Shown: positions 10,537 through 20,244 of the stretch, piece after piece | Layout: every line of letters begins with the position of its first letter | Numbering within the stretch: position 1 is the stretch's first letter | Origin: Myxococcota bacterium | Lineage (GTDB): Bacteria; Myxococcota_A; UBA796; SXON01 | Assembly: GCA_040386535.1 (NCBI GenBank) | Contig: JAZKFH010000027.1 | Span: 196,064 to 260,063, forward strand | Length of the DNA: 64,000 nucleotides | Reading direction: 5' to 3' | Made by a program: the position numbers and the translations under genes | The notes under the pieces: generated by a model | The model's input: only the letters and a program-made list of their open reading frames with translations | Told to the model about the DNA's origin: nothing | The model's database searches: none

Positions 10537-12003
10537 ATGTCGCCCCGCACCGCGCTCCTCGCCCTCGTGCTCGCCGGGTGCGCCCGGGGAGCCACCGTCC
10601 TCTCGGCTCCCGTCGAGCTCGCCCCCGCCACGCGCGCCTGGGGCGTCGCGGTGACGGATGTGCTCGCCCCCACGGCGCTCGGCGCTGCCGACGAGACGTT
10701 GTGCGCGTGGGCGAAGGGGGAGGCGCCGCCCGCCAACGTGACGCGCTGGGTGGCCGAGGGGCGGCTCCGGTTCCGCGTGCTCGTGGTCGACGGGCCGCAT
10801 GCGCGCGTGCCGAACGGAGCCGCGTCGGAATCTCTCTCCGCCGAGACCCTGTCCGCGCAGGTCAAGGCGCTCGCGGCGCCGGAGATCACGCTCGCGGAGC
10901 GGTGTGGAACCCCGCGGCCCCGCGGCATCCTCGTGCTCGCCGACCGCGACGCCTCGTACGGCGCGGTCGCCGACGCGGTGGAGCTGGCGCGCGTGGACGG
11001 GGGCTACCTCGACGCCTGGCTGGCCGTGGACGCGCCCGTGTCCGAAGTGCGCCCGCCGCCCGGCTTCCAGCCGGGGGTGCCCGTGGTCGCGCTCGTTGCC
11101 CCCGATGGCCGTGTCGCGCTCTCCAACCGCGAGGGCCGGGGCTACGAGGGCGCGCCGGGTGCGCTCGCGGCGCCGCTCGCGGCGGTGGGCGCCCCCGGGA
11201 AGGTCGGCTGCGCCACGATCAGCGGCCAGCCCGTGTTGCCGTGGGCCACGGCGCTCGCGGCGATGGAGGCGCTCCGCGGCGAGGGCGTGGAGCTGCAGGC
11301 GCTCGACCTGGAGGGGGCGCCCGGCGCCGCGGCCGAGGCGCGCGCGACCCCGCCGCCGCGGGCAGAGCGGACCTGGCCACTGGACACCACGATCGCGGCG
11401 GTGCCCGCGCGGACGCTCTCCCGCTGTGGCGATGCCCCGATGGGCTGGTGGTGTGACCACCTCTGCCTGCCGGAGGGCGAGCCGCAGGTGGTGGCCGCCG
11501 CGCCCGCTACCGACGGGCGCCCGCTCGGCGAGCTGGTCTACACGGCCCACCGCATCGTGCTCGTGGAGGGTGGACGAACGGAGGCGCTGTACGACGACGG
11601 GGTGCTCCCGCCGCCCGCGGCTGCGGCGCCGTTCGCGCCCCCCTGCCCGGGTGCGGAGCGCTGGCTCGTGTTCGAGGCGGCCACGGAGTCTGGCGTCCTC
11701 GTGGGGGCCGGGCGCGGGGCGCTGTCCTCGCTCGCGCCTTCGTTCCCGCCGACCCTGGCGGCGGTGCAGGACGCGGTCGGGTGGCGCCGGGCGATCGAGG
11801 CGGGCACGGCGCCCTGGGACGAGGTCCGCGCCGCGGCCGCCGGAGAGGGGCCGCGTGCGCGCCTCGCCTGGGACGCGCTCGTGAACCCGGCGTGGCACGA
11901 CGGGGGCGTGGACGCCGCGCTGCGGGACGCGGACGGGCGGATCCGCGCGGCGCCGCCCGTGCCCGCGGCCGCCGACCTCTGCGACGGCGCGGGGGCTCCG
12001 TAG
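10537..12003 (+). CDS. Hypothetical lipoprotein, possibly with ExbD-like domains
   Basis: VLAGC lipobox; GILVLADRDASYGAVADAV resembles the ExbD/TolR periplasmic motif. Confidence 0.55.
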   Translation: MSPRTALLALVLAGCARGATVLSAPVELAPATRAWGVAVTDVLAPTALGAADETLCAWAKGEAPPANVTRWVAEGRLRFRVLVVDGPHARVPNGAASESLSAETLSAQVKALAAPEITLAERCGTPRPRGILVLADRDASYGAVADAVELARVDGGYLDAWLAVDAPVSEVRPPPGFQPGVPVVALVAPDGRVALSNREGRGYEGAPGALAAPLAAVGAPGKVGCATISGQPVLPWATALAAMEALRGEGVELQALDLEGAPGAAAEARATPPPRAERTWPLDTTIAAVPARTLSRCGDAPMGWWCDHLCLPEGEPQVVAAAPATDGRPLGELVYTAHRIVLVEGGRTEALYDDGVLPPPAAAAPFAPPCPGAERWLVFEAATESGVLVGAGRGALSSLAPSFPPTLAAVQDAVGWRRAIEAGTAPWDEVRAAAAGEGPRARLAWDALVNPAWHDGGVDAALRDADGRIRAAPPVPAAADLCDGAGAP

Positions 12004-12666
12004 TCAGACCAGGATGGTGCGCGCCGACTTCGTGGTCTCCTCGGCGTTGCCCGTGGGGCGCGGCGGCACCACGAGCCCGCGCTGGACGGCGGGCCGCGCG
12101 GCGATGCGGTCGGACCACGCGGCGAGCGCGTCGAGGCCGGTGACGTCGATGCCGGACCACGCGTGCGTGTGGGTCCAGCTCCAGTTGGCGATGTCGGCGA
12201 TGGAGTAGTCCCCCGCGAGGTAGTCCCGGTCCTGGAGGCGCCGGTCGAGCACCTCGAGCAGGCGGCGGCCCTCGCGCTGGTAGCGCTCGATCGCCCACGG
12301 CAGCTTCACGGGCGCGTAGCGGGCGAAGACGTTGGCCTGTCCCATCATCGGCCCCACGCCGCCCATCTGGAACATGAGCCACTGCGTCACGACGGAGCGC
12401 CCCTTCGTGTCCGTCGGCATCAGCCGGCCCGTTTTCTCGGCGAGGTAGAGGAGGATGGCGCCCGACTCGAAGACCGCGAAGTCTTCATTGTCGTGGTCCA
12501 CGATTGCGGGGATCCGGCCGTTCGGGTTGATGGCCAGGAACTCGGGCCGCTTCTGCTCCATGGCGGACAGGTCGATGGCGCGCACGGTGTAGGGCAGGCC
12601 GAGCTCTTCGAGCGCGATGGAGGCCTTCCAGCCGTTGGGGGTGGGCGAGGTGTACAGGTCGATCAT
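12004..12666 (-). CDS. Glutathione S-transferase (YfcG/Ure2p-like)
   Basis: [41 protein letters not shown]. Confidence 0.92.
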   Translation of the reverse strand: MIDLYTSPTPNGWKASIALEELGLPYTVRAIDLSAMEQKRPEFLAINPNGRIPAIVDHDNEDFAVFESGAILLYLAEKTGRLMPTDTKGRSVVTQWLMFQMGGVGPMMGQANVFARYAPVKLPWAIERYQREGRRLLEVLDRRLQDRDYLAGDYSIADIANWSWTHTHAWSGIDVTGLDALAAWSDRIAARPAVQRGLVVPPRPTGNAEETTKSARTILV

Positions 12667-12746
12667 CGAGACTCCCGTTGAACTTCTCTAACTTCGGGCC
12701 GAGGAGATCGAGCCCACGAGACGGACCGCGATCGCGGCGATAGCCT

Positions 12747-13364
12747 GTGGTCGCAGACTCCCTGGAGGCTTTTGTGCTCACTGACACGCGTTGGGTCCGT
12801 CGTCTCGGCCGTCATCTCGGCGGCGCGTTCGTCCTCGCCGCCGCGCTCGCGGTCGTGGTCCCCAGCCTCGCGCAGGCGGGCATGACCGTCTCCGGAAAGC
12901 CGAAGATCAGCTTCTTCGCGGTCGGCAGCCCCGGCTTCCTCGACATCGAGGGAGAGTCCACGGTCGTCACCGCCGCGGATGACGGCACGAAGCTCTCCTT
13001 CGTCGTCCCGATGACCTCGGTCACGTCCGGGATCGACCTGCGGGACGACCACATGAACAACGAGTACGTCAAGGTGGCGCAGTTCCCGAACGCCACGTTG
13101 ACCCTCGCGAAGGCCGACGTGAAGTGGCCCGCCGCGCTCGCCGAGTCGGCCACCGGCACGGTCAAGGGCACGTTCAACGTGCACGGTGTCGATCAGCCGG
13201 TCGACATCGCCTACACCGTAAAGAAGAGCAAGACCGGCTACCGCGTGAACGCCAAGTTCCCCTTCGACGTGACGAAGCACGGCATCGCGATCCCGTCGTA
13301 CCTCGGCATCACCGTCGATCCGAAGATGAACGCCGACGTGCAGGTCGACCTCGTCGATGGCTAA
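12747..13364 (+). CDS. YceI-family polyisoprenoid-binding protein
   Basis: SGIDLRDDHM, QFPNAT, GTFNVHGV, GIAIPS; signal peptide ending AQA; start uncertain. Confidence 0.82.
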   Translation: MVADSLEAFVLTDTRWVRRLGRHLGGAFVLAAALAVVVPSLAQAGMTVSGKPKISFFAVGSPGFLDIEGESTVVTAADDGTKLSFVVPMTSVTSGIDLRDDHMNNEYVKVAQFPNATLTLAKADVKWPAALAESATGTVKGTFNVHGVDQPVDIAYTVKKSKTGYRVNAKFPFDVTKHGIAIPSYLGITVDPKMNADVQVDLVDG

Positions 13365-14538
13365 CGTCCGCGCCGTCCGTCTCCTCCGCGCCGTGCTCGC
13401 TCTGGCCGCCGTCCTCCTGGCCCTCCTCCCCGGGCGGGCCGAGGCGTACCCGTGGATGATCCGCCACGGCTACACCAACTGTGCCCAGTGCCACGTCGAT
13501 CCCTCCGGCGGCGGCGTCCTGACCGAGTACGGCCGCGGCCAGGGCGAGATCCTGGTGCGCACCCACTACAAGAAGATGACCGAGGCGCCGGGGAAGCAGG
13601 CCGAGTTCCTGTTCGGGCTGCTCCCGCTGCCGGACCAGGTGCTCCTGCAAGCCGACGTGCGGTCGATGTTCATCCCGCAGCCCGGCAACATGCGCTTCAT
13701 CCTCATGCAGGGCGATCTGCGCGCCGCGGTGAAGGCCGGGCCCTTCCTCGCGACCGGCACGCTCGGCACGGTGAGCGAAGGCGGGCAGGGCGCCTGGGTG
13801 ACCGGGAACGACACCGGCTGGAACCTGGTCGCGCGCGAATACTGGGCCGGCATCACGCCGGCGAAGGGCTGGATGATCAAGGCGGGGCGCATGAACCTGC
13901 CCTACGGCATCCGCACCGAGAACCACATCCTCTACACCCGCAGCGCCACCCGCACGACCACGAACGACGACCAGCAGGTCGGCGCCGCGGTCAGCTACGT
14001 GTCCAAGCGCTTCCGCGCCGAGGTGATGGGCATCGCGGGCAACTTCCAGGTGCGCCCCGACGTGTTCCGCGAGCGCGGCTACTCGCTCTACGGCACGTGG
14101 GCCCCCGAGAAGACGCTGGAGCTCGGCGTGTCGAGCCTCGTCACCGTCTCCGAGGCCGACGTGGAGACCCTCGCGCCGCGGCTACGGCAGGCGCACGGCG
14201 TGTTCACCCGCTACGCGCCCATCGAGCCGCTCGCGATCCTCGCCGAGGCGAGCGTGCTCATGAGCAACGACGCGGGCACCGCCTCCACCGGGCTGGTCGC
14301 CAACGCCGTGCTCGACTGGGAGCCCAAGCAGGGCATCCACCTGATGGGGATCGGCGGCTATTGCGACCCCTCGTTCGCCGACCCGGCGGCGCCCGCGTAC
14401 ACCGCCGGCGGCGCGGTCCAGTGGTTCCTGGCCCCGCGCTTCGATCTGCGCGTGGACGTCATGCAGGGCGTCCTCTACTGCACCCCGGGCGCGGAAGCGC
14501 GGCCCCTGGGCCTCCTCCAAGGCCACGTCTACCTGTAG
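13357..14538 (+). CDS. Putative outer-membrane beta-barrel protein with an N-terminal c-type heme motif
   Basis: Signal peptide AEA; YPWMIRHGYTNCAQCHVDPSGGG.LT.YG; alternating beta-strand pattern; ends GHVYL. Confidence 0.7.
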   Translation: MANVRAVRLLRAVLALAAVLLALLPGRAEAYPWMIRHGYTNCAQCHVDPSGGGVLTEYGRGQGEILVRTHYKKMTEAPGKQAEFLFGLLPLPDQVLLQADVRSMFIPQPGNMRFILMQGDLRAAVKAGPFLATGTLGTVSEGGQGAWVTGNDTGWNLVAREYWAGITPAKGWMIKAGRMNLPYGIRTENHILYTRSATRTTTNDDQQVGAAVSYVSKRFRAEVMGIAGNFQVRPDVFRERGYSLYGTWAPEKTLELGVSSLVTVSEADVETLAPRLRQAHGVFTRYAPIEPLAILAEASVLMSNDAGTASTGLVANAVLDWEPKQGIHLMGIGGYCDPSFADPAAPAYTAGGAVQWFLAPRFDLRVDVMQGVLYCTPGAEARPLGLLQGHVYL

Positions 14539-14547
14539 GAGGTCGCG

Positions 14548-15003
14548 ATGCTGATTCTCTCCCTGATCGCGTCGGCGTGGGCCTCCTCGTCGTACCCCGG
14601 CGCCCTCGAGACCGAGCTGGACATGCCGTGCGCGCCCACGTGCACGGTGTGCCACTCGACCAACGCCGGTGGGCAGGGCACGGTGGTGCAGCCCTTCGGC
14701 CTCGCGATGCTGGACCGCGGCCTGACCGGCGCGGGCAACATCGCCGGGCTCACGGAGGCGCTCGACGTCATGGCGGCCGACGCGGTGGACAGTGACGGCG
14801 ACGGCACCTCCGACCTCGACGAGCTGGTCCTGGGTGCCGACCCGAACCCCGACGCGGCTGTGTTCTGCGACATCGACGGCGGAGGCGAGGTCGTGGTGCC
14901 GATCTACGGGTGCTTCGAGGGCAGCGGAAGTGCGGCCGGCATGGGCCTCGGCGCGCTGCTCGGGCTCATGGCGCTGCGGCGTCGGGCTCGCCGCGCCCCG
15001 TAG
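14548..15003 (+). CDS. Small secreted CxxCH protein with a DxDxDG repeat and MYXO-CTERM-like tail
   Basis: CTVCH; DSDGDGTSDLDEL..G.DP; GC...hydrophobic...RRRARR; GGAGG RBS. Confidence 0.75.
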   Translation: MLILSLIASAWASSSYPGALETELDMPCAPTCTVCHSTNAGGQGTVVQPFGLAMLDRGLTGAGNIAGLTEALDVMAADAVDSDGDGTSDLDELVLGADPNPDAAVFCDIDGGGEVVVPIYGCFEGSGSAAGMGLGALLGLMALRRRARRAP

Positions 15004-15730
15004 GGGACGTTCGCGACTCGACCACGATCCGCCCCGGGAAGATGACGGCGGTGAGGAACCCGCCCTTGCCGCACCCGGTGTCGGTCGCGAACACCTGCCC
15101 GCGCACCCACGCGTCTTCCTTGTCGGCCAGCGTGTACTCGGAGAGCTCCGGCGGGAGCAGCCCTGTCGGCGTGTGCCCCACGACGATCTGTTTGCCCTCG
15201 TAGGCGCGGAAGAACGACGTGGAGCGGGTCCAGAGCAGGGCGGTCGGCGGGTCTACCTGGGAGGGGTGCGCCCACCGCTCGCCGATGCGCGGCACACCGG
15301 CGTGCACGTAGATGGCGTGGTCGTCCTCGTACCAGTAGGGCAGCGCGCGCATCCAGGTGACCACGTCCGCCGGGAAGAAGGAGCCCTCGAGCAGGGCGGC
15401 GAAGTCGTTCGGGTCTCCGGTGAAGGAGGCGAGGCACTCGCGCGCGCCGTTTCCGCGCGGCAACACGAACTCGGGCCAGCCCTGGTCGACCACGCGCAGC
15501 CAGGCGTCCTCGTGGTTGCCGCGCAGGCACACGATGCGCGCCTCGGTGAGCATCGGCAGCACCTCGCGGATCCAGCGGATGACCCCGGCGGAGTCCGGGC
15601 CGCGATCGACGTAGTCGCCCAGAAACACGATCGTGTCCGTGGCGTCGAGCGCCGGGAGGTTGTCCCAGAGCGCCAGGAGGTGGACGAGATCGCCGTGGAT
15701 GTCGCCGATGGCGACGGTGCGTGCGGACAC
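14966..15730 (-). CDS. Metallophosphoesterase, PPP-family Ser/Thr phosphatase (PrpA-like)
   Basis: GDIHG, LGDYVDRGPDS, LRGNHE, VHAG, GHTP, DTGC. Confidence 0.9.
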   Translation of the reverse strand: MSARTVAIGDIHGDLVHLLALWDNLPALDATDTIVFLGDYVDRGPDSAGVIRWIREVLPMLTEARIVCLRGNHEDAWLRVVDQGWPEFVLPRGNGARECLASFTGDPNDFAALLEGSFFPADVVTWMRALPYWYEDDHAIYVHAGVPRIGERWAHPSQVDPPTALLWTRSTSFFRAYEGKQIVVGHTPTGLLPPELSEYTLADKEDAWVRGQVFATDTGCGKGGFLTAVIFPGRIVVESRTSPTGRGEPDAAAP

Positions 15731-15909
15731 GGGCCCACCGTATCACACGGGAGGAACCGTGCTTTGGGGTGGGCCTCCCAGGGTGCGGAACGGGGGGCGC
15801 GGGCTCGGCGGAATCCGAACTCCCGAAGCTGTACAGCTGGGCGCGCAATTCGGAGTCCGCCGTGTGCAGAGGCGGCGCTGGACAGTAGAAGAGGCGGGGA
15901 GGCCCCTGG

Positions 15910-18003
15910 ATGCTTTCGGCGCACGACTTCCTCGTAAACCTCGCGCTCGTCCTGTGTGTCGCGGCGTTTGCCACGGTCGTGTTCCAGAAGCTACGCCAAC
16001 CGTTGGTGCTCGGCTACATCCTCGCCGGCCTCATCGTCGGGCCGCACGTGCCCGTGCCCATGGTCGCCGATCACGACGTGGTCGAGGCGCTCGCCGAGCT
16101 CGGCGTCATCCTGCTCATGTTCTCCCTCGGGCTCGAGTTCCGCTTTGCGAAGCTGCTCAAGATCGCGCCGAACGGGGGGTTGATCGCGGTGATCGAGGTG
16201 AGCCTGATGGCGTCCCTCGGGTACCTGGTCGGCCTCGCCTTCGGGTGGACCACGCTCGAGTCGTTGTTCACGGGCGCCGTGGTGTCCATCTCCAGCACGA
16301 GCATCATCGCGAAGGCGTTCGACGAGCAGGGCGTGACCGGACGGCGGCGCGAGCTCGTGTTCGGCATCCTGATCGCCGAGGATCTGCTGGCCATCCTGCT
16401 CATGGTCGCCCTCTCCATCCTGGCGTCCGGGCAGGAGCTCTCCGCCGCCCAGCTCGGCACCGCCGCGCTTCGCCTGGGCGTGTCCCTCTTCACGATGGTG
16501 GCCGTCGGCCTGCTCGTGGTGCCCCGGCTGTTCCGCTACATCGTGGCCCAGGGGCGCGCGGAGACCACGACGGTCGCCGCCGTGGGCCTCTGCTTCGCCG
16601 TCGCCCTCGCGTCGCAATCGCTCGGGTATTCGAGTGCGCTCGGCGCCTTCCTCGGGGGCATGCTCGTCGCGGAGTCGGGCCACGGCGAGGAGGTCGAGCA
16701 CGCCGTGCGCCCCGTGCGCGACGTGTTCGCGGCCCTCTTCTTCGTCGCGGTCGGCATGTTGATCGACCCGATGCTGGTGCTCGAGAACATCGGCCCCGTG
16801 GTCGTCCTCTGCCTCGTGGTCGTGATCGGCAAGGTGGTGGCGGTGTCGCTCGGCGCGTTCCTCGTCGGAAACGGCAGCCGCACGTCCATCCAGGCCGGCA
16901 TGAGCCTCGCCCAGATCGGCGAATTCTCGTTCATCCTCGCCGGGCTCGGCGCCACCTTGGGGGCCACCCGCGGCTTCCTCTACCCGGTCGCCATCGCCGT
17001 CTCCGCGGTCACGGCGTTCACCACGCCCGCGTTCATCCGCGCGGCCGACAAGGTCGCCGATCGCCTCGATCACAAGCTCCCCGACCGCATGCAGACCCTC
17101 TCCTCGCTCTACGGCGCGTGGATCGAGGCGTTGAGCTCGGCGGCGCCCATCGAGGGCCGGCGCGCGCGCGTGCACAGCAAGCTCCGCATCCTGGCGCTGG
17201 ACGCGTTGGCCCTCGTGGCGCTCATCGTGAGCCACTCGTTGTTCGGCGGCTCGGTGGCGGCCTACATCAGCCCCCTGCTCAGCATCGACGAGGCGGTCGC
17301 CAACTGGGTCGTCACCGTGCTCGTGTTCACGTTCGCCGCGCCCGTGTTCGTCGGCATCGTGCGCGCCAGCGGGAGCCTGGGCGAGGTCATCGCGGAGCCG
17401 CTGCGCTCGGACGCCAGCATCGTCAACCGCTCGCCCGCGCGGCACCGCGTGCTGATCACCATGCTCCAGCTCGCCGTGTTGCTGCTCGTCGGCCTGCCCG
17501 TCGTGGCCCTGACCCAGCCCTTCCTCCCGCCCTTCCGCGGCGCGGTGGTGCTCGGGTTGGTGCAGTTCGGGCTGGCGGTCCTGGTGTGGCGGCGCGCGGC
17601 CGACATGCAAGGCGAGGTCCGCTCGGGTGCCGAGTCCGTGCTCGCCGCGGTCCGTCGGCACGCGGCGCTCGACGAGCGGCCCGTCACCCCGGCGCTGCCC
17701 GCCCCGGTGCCCGCCGAGCTCGCGTTTCCCGTCCCCAGCTCGCTCGGCGTCGCGATGGCCCTGCGCCTCGATCACGGAGACGCGGCGGTGGGGCGCACCC
17801 TCATCGACCTGAACCTGCGCAGCCAGACGGGCGCTACCGTGCTCGGCATCACCGGGCTCGACGGCGAGGCGCGCGTGCCGACCGGCCGGGAGCGGCTCCT
17901 GGAGGGCCACATCCTCGCGATCGCGGGCACGCGGGACGCGATCGACGCGGCGTGTCGGGTTCTCCAGACCGGCGATCCTGTGGCGGGCGGCTCGGCTGCG
18001 TAG
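15910..18003 (+). CDS. CPA2 cation:proton antiporter with a C-terminal TrkA-C/RCK domain
   Basis: LGYILAGLIVGP, AELGVILLMFSLGLEF, SISSTSII, QIGEFSFI; GRTLIDLNLRSQTGATVLGI. Confidence 0.92.
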   Translation: MLSAHDFLVNLALVLCVAAFATVVFQKLRQPLVLGYILAGLIVGPHVPVPMVADHDVVEALAELGVILLMFSLGLEFRFAKLLKIAPNGGLIAVIEVSLMASLGYLVGLAFGWTTLESLFTGAVVSISSTSIIAKAFDEQGVTGRRRELVFGILIAEDLLAILLMVALSILASGQELSAAQLGTAALRLGVSLFTMVAVGLLVVPRLFRYIVAQGRAETTTVAAVGLCFAVALASQSLGYSSALGAFLGGMLVAESGHGEEVEHAVRPVRDVFAALFFVAVGMLIDPMLVLENIGPVVVLCLVVVIGKVVAVSLGAFLVGNGSRTSIQAGMSLAQIGEFSFILAGLGATLGATRGFLYPVAIAVSAVTAFTTPAFIRAADKVADRLDHKLPDRMQTLSSLYGAWIEALSSAAPIEGRRARVHSKLRILALDALALVALIVSHSLFGGSVAAYISPLLSIDEAVANWVVTVLVFTFAAPVFVGIVRASGSLGEVIAEPLRSDASIVNRSPARHRVLITMLQLAVLLLVGLPVVALTQPFLPPFRGAVVLGLVQFGLAVLVWRRAADMQGEVRSGAESVLAAVRRHAALDERPVTPALPAPVPAELAFPVPSSLGVAMALRLDHGDAAVGRTLIDLNLRSQTGATVLGITGLDGEARVPTGRERLLEGHILAIAGTRDAIDAACRVLQTGDPVAGGSAA

Positions 18004-18043
18004 CCTGCGCCGAGAAGAGCTCCTGCTGGCCGCCGCGCTGGCG

Positions 18044-19000
18044 TTGTCCGCCGCGTACTTCGCGTGGCGCGGCTGGCCGTTCTCGCCCCTGCTCGGGACG
18101 GAGATCTTCCTCTACTTCCTGCTCGACTTCCAGTTCATCGCGGTCGGGTACGTCACGTGGCGGCTGTGGCGCGACGGGGCCGGATTCCTGCGGTCGGTGC
18201 GGACCCGCGCTGGCGTCGGGCGTGTGCTCGCGTTCGTGCGGGTCGTGGCGCCGGTCTACGTCGTACAGGCGCTCTACGCGAACTGGCTCGCGGTGGTGCC
18301 GTTGGTGCAGCCGCGGCTCTACGATCACGTGTTCGTGGCCCCCGAACTCTGGTTGTTCGGCTCCTCGATGACACGCTGGATGTCCCTCCCGAACGATCCC
18401 GCGATCACGTTCCTCATCGACTTCGCGTACCTGCTCTTCTTCACCTGGATCGCGCTCACGATGGTGATCCTCTTCGTGCGCGAGGGGGAGCGGGCCGCGC
18501 GGCGCTTCGTGGGGGCGCTCGTGCTCTCGACAGCCGTTTCTACCGTCATCCTGGTGGCCTTCCCCACGCTCGGCCCCGCCTTCCTCGACCCCGCGAGCGT
18601 CGCCCCCATCGCGGACGCGATGTTCCGCACGGACCACTTCCAGGCGGTGTCACGCGCCTTCCGCGCCGAGGTGCTCGCCGATCCTGCGGGCTTCTCGCTC
18701 GTGCCCTTCCTCGGCGTGAGCGCGTTTCCGAGCATGCACGTGGGCCACACGTTCCTCGCGTTGACGTTCCTCTGGCCGCGCCATCGTGTCGCGTTCCAGC
18801 TGTTCCTGCTCCCCGTGCTCGGCGCGTGGATCGGCACCGTGTACCTCGGCTGGCACTACGCGATCGACGGGGTGGCGGGCATCTGCATTGCGATGGGCGC
18901 GCGTTGGCTCGTGACGCGCTGGCTGCCCTACGAGGGCCCCACCGGGGGCTCGGCCGCGGGCCACGGCTCCAGCGCGATCTCGAACCGGCCGAAGTCGTAG
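18044..19000 (+). CDS. PAP2/AUR1-like (inositol-phosphorylceramide synthase-like) membrane phosphotransferase
   Basis: FPTLGP, SAFPSMHV and GWHYAIDG catalytic motifs; start uncertain. Confidence 0.8.
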   Translation: MSAAYFAWRGWPFSPLLGTEIFLYFLLDFQFIAVGYVTWRLWRDGAGFLRSVRTRAGVGRVLAFVRVVAPVYVVQALYANWLAVVPLVQPRLYDHVFVAPELWLFGSSMTRWMSLPNDPAITFLIDFAYLLFFTWIALTMVILFVREGERAARRFVGALVLSTAVSTVILVAFPTLGPAFLDPASVAPIADAMFRTDHFQAVSRAFRAEVLADPAGFSLVPFLGVSAFPSMHVGHTFLALTFLWPRHRVAFQLFLLPVLGAWIGTVYLGWHYAIDGVAGICIAMGARWLVTRWLPYEGPTGGSAAGHGSSAISNRPKS

Positions 19001-20172
19001 GGCACACCGCCCGCGGCCTGGGCGTGCACGAGCCGTTCGCGCAGGCCCTTGCGACGGAGGTCGGCCGCGCGGTGGTAGCAGAAGGGGTTGTTGCCGCGGC
19101 GCCCGAGCGTGGTGTGGGCGGTGAAGGAGCAGCCGGCGCGGCACACGTCGGCGTAGTAGCAGGTCTTGCAGTAGCCCCAGAGCTCGGCGGTGGTGCGGTC
19201 GCGCACGAACCGGATCGCCTCCGCGTGGGCCCAGATCTCCTCGATGGCGAGGGTGCGCACGTTGCCGCCCGTGTAGGGCGCGGTCGGCAGGGACGGGCAG
19301 GCCTTGACCGTGCCGTCGGACTCGATGCTGATGGTGTAGATGCCGGCGATGCAGCCCTGCCAGTACACCGCGTCGCGGCCGACGCGGGAGCGGAGCACGG
19401 TCTCGTGCGGGCCGTAGTAGCCGATGTTGTTGCCCGCCTGCACGTCGAACCGGCGCTTGAGATCCCCCGCCTCCCACGCGCGCGGCGTCACGACGGCGGC
19501 GAGCTGGATGGCGGCCAGGGTGTCCATCACGTCGAGGATCTGCCAGGGCTCGAGGATCCACTCGGGGTGGTCCGCGGCGTTCCCCATGGGGACGGTGAGC
19601 TGGGCGCGCCAGGCGCCGACGTGGTGGTCGCGGAGCAGCTCCGCGGTCTCCCGGAGGCGCGTGTGGTTCAGGCGGTTGACCTGGGTGTTCACGCTGGTCG
19701 GCAGGCCGGCGGCCCGGCTCGCGTCGAGCGCACGGAGGGCGGCGGCGTGGCTGCCCGTGTTGCCGCGGAGCACGTCGTGCACGTCGGCGGGGCCGTCGAT
19801 CGAGAGTCCGATCGCGTAGAGGCCGGCGGCCTTGAGCGCGTCCGCGCGCTTGGGGGTGAGCGCCCGCCCGCCGGTCTGCATCGTGACGAGCATGCCCTCG
19901 CCGGCCAGGAAGGTGACGATCTCCATCAGGTCGGGCCGCAGGTAGGCCTCGCCGCCGATGAGGGTCACCTCCTGCGTGCCGAGCCGCGCGAGCGCGCGCC
20001 CCACCTCGCGCACCTCCTCCGTGGAGAGCTCGCTGCTGCGGGCGCTGCCGGCCCGCGAGCCGCAGTGCTGGCAGGGCTGGTCGCAGCGGAGCGTGAGCTC
20101 CCACACGGCATAGAGCGGCTTGGGGATGCCCTCCTCGCCGGGGAGGGGGGTGCGGCGGAGGGGTGTCGACAT
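18928..20172 (-). CDS. Radical SAM/SPASM peptide maturase, PlpX/PcpX splicease-like
   Basis: VWELTLRCDQPCQHCGSRAG, TLIGGEA, QLTVPMGNAAD, GNNIGYYGP, WQGCxAG, KACPSLP, LWGYCKTCYYADVCRAGC, GNNPFCYHRA; start MSTPL at 20172. Confidence 0.9.
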   Translation of the reverse strand: MSTPLRRTPLPGEEGIPKPLYAVWELTLRCDQPCQHCGSRAGSARSSELSTEEVREVGRALARLGTQEVTLIGGEAYLRPDLMEIVTFLAGEGMLVTMQTGGRALTPKRADALKAAGLYAIGLSIDGPADVHDVLRGNTGSHAAALRALDASRAAGLPTSVNTQVNRLNHTRLRETAELLRDHHVGAWRAQLTVPMGNAADHPEWILEPWQILDVMDTLAAIQLAAVVTPRAWEAGDLKRRFDVQAGNNIGYYGPHETVLRSRVGRDAVYWQGCIAGIYTISIESDGTVKACPSLPTAPYTGGNVRTLAIEEIWAHAEAIRFVRDRTTAELWGYCKTCYYADVCRAGCSFTAHTTLGRRGNNPFCYHRAADLRRKGLRERLVHAQAAGGVPYDFGRFEIALEPWPAAEPPVGPS

Positions 20173-20244
20173 GGCCGGGAGTGTAGCCGACGCCTCCGCA
20201 AGATCGAGGCCCGTTTCGCCGCGGGCTGAGCTACAGTCCCCGAC

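Noticed and set aside
18928..19000. 3' overlaps of convergent genes (73 bp here; 38 bp at 14966-15003; 28 bp at 50927-50954)
   Set aside because: Common in compact GC-rich genomes; the overlapping tails are low-complexity
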